Made by a program: the position numbers and the translations under genes. The notes under the pieces were generated by a model. The model saw only the letters and a list, made by a program, of their open reading frames with translations. It was not told the DNA's origin and searched no databases. A stretch of DNA of 63,848 bases, filler included, from Phoronis australis (Eukaryota > Animalia > Phoronida), in NCBI GenBank assembly GCA_002633005.1. It is 5 parts of 5 records of this genome, joined end to end, with 100 filler letters (N's around TTAATTAATTAA, not from the genome) between each part and the next. Parts side by side here need not be neighbours in the genome. Positions count along the whole stretch, not along the records: positions 58,478 to 61,910 come from NMRA01000955.1; positions 62,011 to 63,848 come from NMRA01000157.1; 3 more parts are not named here. One strand, written 5' to 3'. This document shows, piece after piece, positions 58,478 to 63,848 of the stretch. Position 1 is the first letter of the stretch. Every line of letters starts with the position of its first letter.

Positions 58478-59756
58478 TGATGAGGCTCAATCCGTCGGAA
58501 GACAACAAAGGAGAGCATCCTGTTCTAGAAGGGCCATACACTGATTTTAGGGCGCTGAAGAACTTCTTAGAGTTGTGGGAGTCAGCATGTTGTTGAACTT
58601 CTTCAGCCTTTTTCTGCCACCACTGATCTTGCATTTCCCTCAGTTCTAGCTGCGCTTTGCTCTGCAAGTGTTTGAACCTGTCCTTCTTTGAGACGGACGA
58701 TGGATCATTCTGCCACTCTACATAGGCTTTCTTCTTGGCATCAAGGGTTGTAGAAATGGCTTCATCGTTTTCATCAAACCAGTCTTGGTGCACCCGGGGA
58801 TTCGGTTCCAGTACCGTTTTTGCGGTTTCTGTCACGGCCTCCTTGAACTGCGCCCATTTCTCAGTGCTGGTTCCAACAAGTAGTGTGTTGCCTGACAGCG
58901 TGTCGTCCAGTGAATTCTGAAACCGATGAAGGTGTAGAGGATGTTTTAACCTGGCTGTGTTGAACGATGCCCTGATGATTTTCTGCCTGTTGCGCTGCGG
59001 GGGAACGATGTGCACGTTGAAAAGAGATCGTACTAGCCTGTGATCTGTCCAGCATTCAGCGCCCCTCATTACCCGGGTAATCTTGACATCCTGCATATCC
59101 CGCTGGCGAACGATGACAAAGTCAATCATGTGCCATTGTTTGGATCTGGGATGCATCCAGGTGGTCTTGTATTTGGCTGCTAGTCTGAACATAGTATTGG
59201 TGATACACAGGTTGTGCTCAGCGCATTTACTTAGTAGGAGCAGGCCGTTGCTGTTGAGTTTACCTACTCCGTGCCGTCCCAACCTACCTTCCCAACTACT
59301 GCTGTCATTTCCGACTCGGGCGTTGAAGTCTCCGAGGATTACAAGCTTGTCGTTCGGGGGAGTTGTCCTGATGATCTGGTCAAGGTCTTCGTAGAAGCGT
59401 TCCTTTGCTTCTTCGGGACTAGTGAGCGTTGGGGCGTAGGCGCTGATGATGGTGATGTGGCGAGATTTGTTCATTGGGAAGCGAAGCTTCATTAGGCGCT
59501 CATTGACACCAGTGGGAAGAGTAGGGATGTCCTTCAACATGGTGGACCTGATAGCAAATCCTACTCCATGAATTCTGTCTTCAGCCTCTGGTTTCCCTTT
59601 CCAGAAGAATCTGTAGCCTCCCTTCTCCTCTTTCAGTGACCCTTCATCAGCGAGTCTCGTCTCGCTGAGAGCTGCAATGTCTACGCGGTAGCGCTGGAGT
59701 TCTCTAGCTACAAGTGCAGTCCTTCTTTCTGGTCTGGTTGCAGTGTCTCTATCCAT
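58478..59756 (-). mobile_element. RTE-clade-like non-LTR retrotransposon ORF (AP endonuclease and linker), 5'-truncated, RT lost in the gap
   Basis: Uninterrupted ~426 codons: RPERRTALVARELQRYRVDIAALSETR, HGVGFAI, ISAYAPT, GDFNARVG, TTWMHPRSKQWHMIDFVIVR, CWTDHRLV. The usual N-terminal WNVRTL segment is absent upstream. Confidence 0.92.
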
Positions 59757-59915
59757 CTTTTTATTACGTTAAACTAAAAGTGCATGGTCACGTGACCCAA
59801 CTGTTAAAAAGTCAAAACTTCAATTTTACAGACTTCTCACTTTCATAAAATAAAGCGGAGTTAAAATACATAATTTTGTAGATATTTGGCTAAATACGCA
59901 GGAACGTTGATAAGT

Positions 59916-60091
59916 TCTTGTATAACCTTATGTCTTGTATAACCTTATGTCTTGTATAACCTTATGTCTTGTATAACCTTATGTCTTGTATAACCTTATG
60001 TCTTGTATAACCTTATGTCTTGTATAACCTTATGTCTTGTATAACCTTATGTCTTGTATAACCTTATGTCTTGTATAACCTAATGTCTTGT
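59916..60091. repeat. 17-bp minisatellite (TCTTGTATAACCTTATG) x10
   Basis: Nine perfect units plus one single-mismatch unit and a partial unit. Confidence 0.97.
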
Positions 60092-63000
60092 TAACTTGAA
60101 TGTATTCAACTTTTTAAGGACACTATTTCTTTTTTTTTCATTTAGATGGCATACATTGTAAATTCTGATTTGGTGAAAAACCAAGGTATAAACCGCTAAC
60201 GGCTGGTTACCAGTGATAATTATTACAAGATGCATGCACAGAAAAAATATATTTATTTAGAATACCGACAGACACAATCCCCAACAGAAAGCAATGCAGA
60301 TGGCCAACGGTGACACGCAGAATCTCCAAAAAGTCGAACATGTACATAGACATGGAAGTTTTCATCGTTGGTTATAGATAGACAGATACGTGATGCATGT
60401 CATGTTACAATGGATTTTGAGTTGCCCATCATCCTAAGCAGAATGGGTCCTGTACCAATGAAAACAGAGAACGTACACGTACATTATACCTTTCCAGCCA
60501 ACAGGTGGCATGCGTGATGTACTGTATATTCCACAAATCACAAACCGCAAATAGGTTCGTACACACTGCAATGAGATACAAGCTAACCGTGACGACTGCG
60601 TGTGCTAAGGGAGGCTAAACGCTACATGTATTTTAGTGATTTCATTCAAGGCTGGTTCTGGATCAACTGCCATTGCATAATTGGTACCTCTGCTGGGAGA
60701 TAAAGGCGTTAGGTAACTCGGACATTTGTTGTAAATGTCACATGACGTGGTCTAGTGGTACACTCGGAAAGGTTGCCTTAGCGATTCCTTGATGTTTTAG
60801 TTTTCAGTGGTACTGCGCAATGAATTTTTGTTCTCCAAAACTGAATCATTTGCGTGCAATTCCCGTGCACAGTAGAAAGACGGAGCACGTCATGTATGAC
60901 GCACCCACGTTAAAAATAAGGCGTAACTATGCAGCAAGCCCGCGCAGAACTGAATTTGAACTCCAGGCGTTTAAGTGTACATTTTTGGTACACACTCTAT
61001 ATCACTTTCCCCATCCACCAGAAAGTGGACTACGGTCAATGCTTTAACAAGGGATTTTGAAACACAACTCATGTTGGGGCCCCACTGCTCACAACATCAC
61101 TCCAGCAGAACAATGCAACTATTTTCATATCGAATAAAGGTAAGCCAAACAAGAACAGCTTGATATTGACTACTGAGCAAAAATGGAATAAACAGTTGTC
61201 TCAGAAAAATACAGAATCGGTATCAATGAAAGAATTTTTTATAGTTCCTTACAAATCGGGAAGTTGTTTCGTACAATACAAAAATCTGATCAAAAACGGA
61301 CTCGTTTTCCAGTAGCTCCTAGCCTCAATGCTCAGTAATGGAGGACGAATTCGAAACAACATGTATCGATGACGTACGACTGTGCATCATAACGGAGAAG
61401 CAAGTGATCGCGCTTTGAGAGCCGACTGAAGTAAGCGCGCACGTGGTTACTCATTTGCATATTTATGACAAGACTATAGACATAAGTTAATGGGAGTCTT
61501 TCGGCAAGCATTGGGGAGGATCACGTGGGACTGCGGCGATTCTTATTTCCCGCACTTGGCTGTACCAGATGATACTTCTTCGTCTCAGCGGGTGACATAG
61601 GGGAACATGTTTGACTTCGTGAAAAGACACTTTTGATGATGTTGAGATTAGACGTGAAGCGATTTAAACAAAAGTGAAAATGTTGTACGTGAACTTGGAA
61701 TCCTGCTTCATTTCAAGATTAAGCGGAAGTGAGTGTTGCGTGAACTTGGAATACGCGAGGCAACTTGACAAGTTCACTCAAATAATCACGCTCATGTTCA
61801 TAAAAATTTGCACTGCACTAAATCTAGTTACATGTACATTTGAATAAAATAATGTCAATTTTAACTAACTTTTTCAGCTACGGGCAATCAATTTCACCAA
61901 ACAATAATCGNNNNNNNNNNNNNNNNNNNNNNNNNNNNNNNNNNNNNNNNNNNNTTAATTAATTAANNNNNNNNNNNNNNNNNNNNNNNNNNNNNNNNNN
62001 NNNNNNNNNNCGGTTGGAGCGACCTCACAAGTCAGGCTACGCAACAACAACGGAATACTCTACATGATATATTCTAATTCACAATTAAATCCGTCCCATT
62101 TTACCAGTCTAAACTACGTCCCCCTGTTTTCGGACGAATTTTACCCAAATCCACTTCTCATTTGATGTAACTCTTACAACAAGGAATAATCGAAATGGCG
62201 TCTTTTGCTCTCGTCATTTCCGTTGTACACGTGCTTAACCACAAGGAACTATTTGACATGGGCGTTGAAAGCTGAAAACAACGGAGCTTTCGGGAGATTC
62301 TTGACAATTATCGGTGAGTAGTTTTCCAGTATAATTGTTCATGAGTGTTGACTGCCAAGTAGTAGCGTGATTTCAAACAGGTGGATTACAGTTAGAAAGC
62401 CCGTCGTCGTAGGCCCAAGCCATTTTCTTGGTAAATCGACCTTCACATGTGTCCTGTGAAATGCACAGTGAAGATGAAAGGAATTGTTAATCAAAACGTG
62501 CGTTACTTAAGGGGAAGCCATGCACGGTAAGCATGACCAAAATGGCGCAGGTATGCCATCTTTTGTGACAAACGGTTGTTTCTCCTTCGAAAACTGTTGT
62601 TGACCCCCTCGCGACATTCTAGAGGTTCCGTCGCTGTTATTTATTCAGATACGTGCGTACGTACATTAGATTCAAATACATGAGGAAATGTTTGGCACGA
62701 CTTCGGTTTTTGCTTATGATACCTTCTGAATGTCTGTAGCATACAGTAGCTAATGCAAAATTTTCTGTTCATTGCCGGCATCCTGGTAATGGAATATTGA
62801 CCAGCAAATACAACCGAGGTCGGTGCGTAGTTGTCACAAATGACTACTCCACTTTCTGTTAGTTTGAATCACGAATCAACAAATGCTTGTTTTATATAAT
62901 TCATACATAATTTTCCAATACAGTAGGGAAAGGGATGAAACCCCATTTTTGAGCAATGTTTTAACATTTCTGACAGCACTACGCGTAATTCCAGCTTCTT

Positions 63001-63848
63001 ATGAATGTCTTTAGGACATTTAACCTCCCGCCTTAAATAATGGATTCAGACGATGTGAATTAACAGGATCCCGGACTGAAAGACTCGCCTCAAATCTCAA
63101 GCAGTACACTCACTATAAATGATCAGCAGGTAATGAACTTTTAGTTTTTACTATTTAATGAAAGCTCTGTTCGGTTTGACCGTCGTTTCGCTGGGTCTGT
63201 ATCGATGTTTTCCGGTCCCTGAGTTACCTCGTGTCTATATTCCGCAACTGATATTTTCTCGGGCCTGTTTCCTAGCGCCAATAGGGGAAGTGGGCAAAGC
63301 CGGGCATGTGAACCTTCTTTCCGGAAAATCTACCAGCAGACTAAAAAAAGAGAAAAACGGAATGCCGCGATCTGGGGTCTGAGCCTCCCTTTCTCCGCTC
63401 CTGGTCCTATTTCCTCACGCTTCACGCTGTTGCTGTTCCATTTTGCTTGCCGCGGCAGCCAGTCAAGGGGGGGCGGGCCCCCCTCCCTAAATCCGCCTAT
63501 GTGTACACTAACGTATAGTGAAAAAATGACGCAGCAGTGTGGCATGTGGAAACAGAAATACATGGTTTATGCTAGTTATAAAACCTATTGTACAGCAAAG
63601 ACAAACTCACATGCAGCAACACGAAATTGCCTGATTTTATTTTCTTCCCGTCAAATTTATGATTGCCTTTTGCATGCACTCTAGCCAATGGCCCATTTGA
63701 TTGACTTGATTGATTTTTGTGTTCGCAGTGGACATGCATTATGCATACCTACAGCAGAAGGTAGATAAACGCACTAATCAAATATAATGTTTCTATAACT
63801 GCAACAATGTGAAAAATCTTTAATTAAGTTATTTTCAGAAATGGGGTG

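Overview
AT-rich, repeat-rich genomic DNA from an invertebrate animal (spliceosomal GT-AG introns, no prokaryotic gene organisation). The window is five contigs joined by four identical 100-nt spacers (44 N + TTAATTAATTAA + 44 N), so adjacency across spacers is unproven. Contig 1 (1-29748) carries a 9-coding-exon, minus-strand Cys-loop receptor gene: a nicotinic acetylcholine receptor non-alpha subunit with a cation-type GEK motif. I could assemble it in frame from ATG 25007 to TGA 3662. It has one in-frame TAA inside the Cys-loop (FPFD*Q, 14115-14117). Its introns hold two TTAA-flanked Kolobok-type DNA transposon derivatives (THAP remnant plus P2X7-ballast/KolX-like remnant), a Penelope-like relic, MITEs and microsatellites. 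Two decayed LINEs lie downstream of the gene and a Ser/Thr-rich mucin-like exon lies upstream. Contig 2 (29849-48962) is mostly repeats: an inverted low-complexity array, a ~1.75-kb higher-order repeat, a ~550-bp family, 78-bp and 66-68-bp minisatellites, and haplotype-overlap artefacts. Contig 3 (49063-58377) has an unrecognised acidic ORF with an internal duplicated motif, a GPR45/GPR63-like GPCR with an intronless CDS, and a Mutator-like MITE. Contig 4 has an uninterrupted RTE-type LINE endonuclease region and a 17-bp minisatellite. All calls come from reading the sequence by eye; no searches were run.
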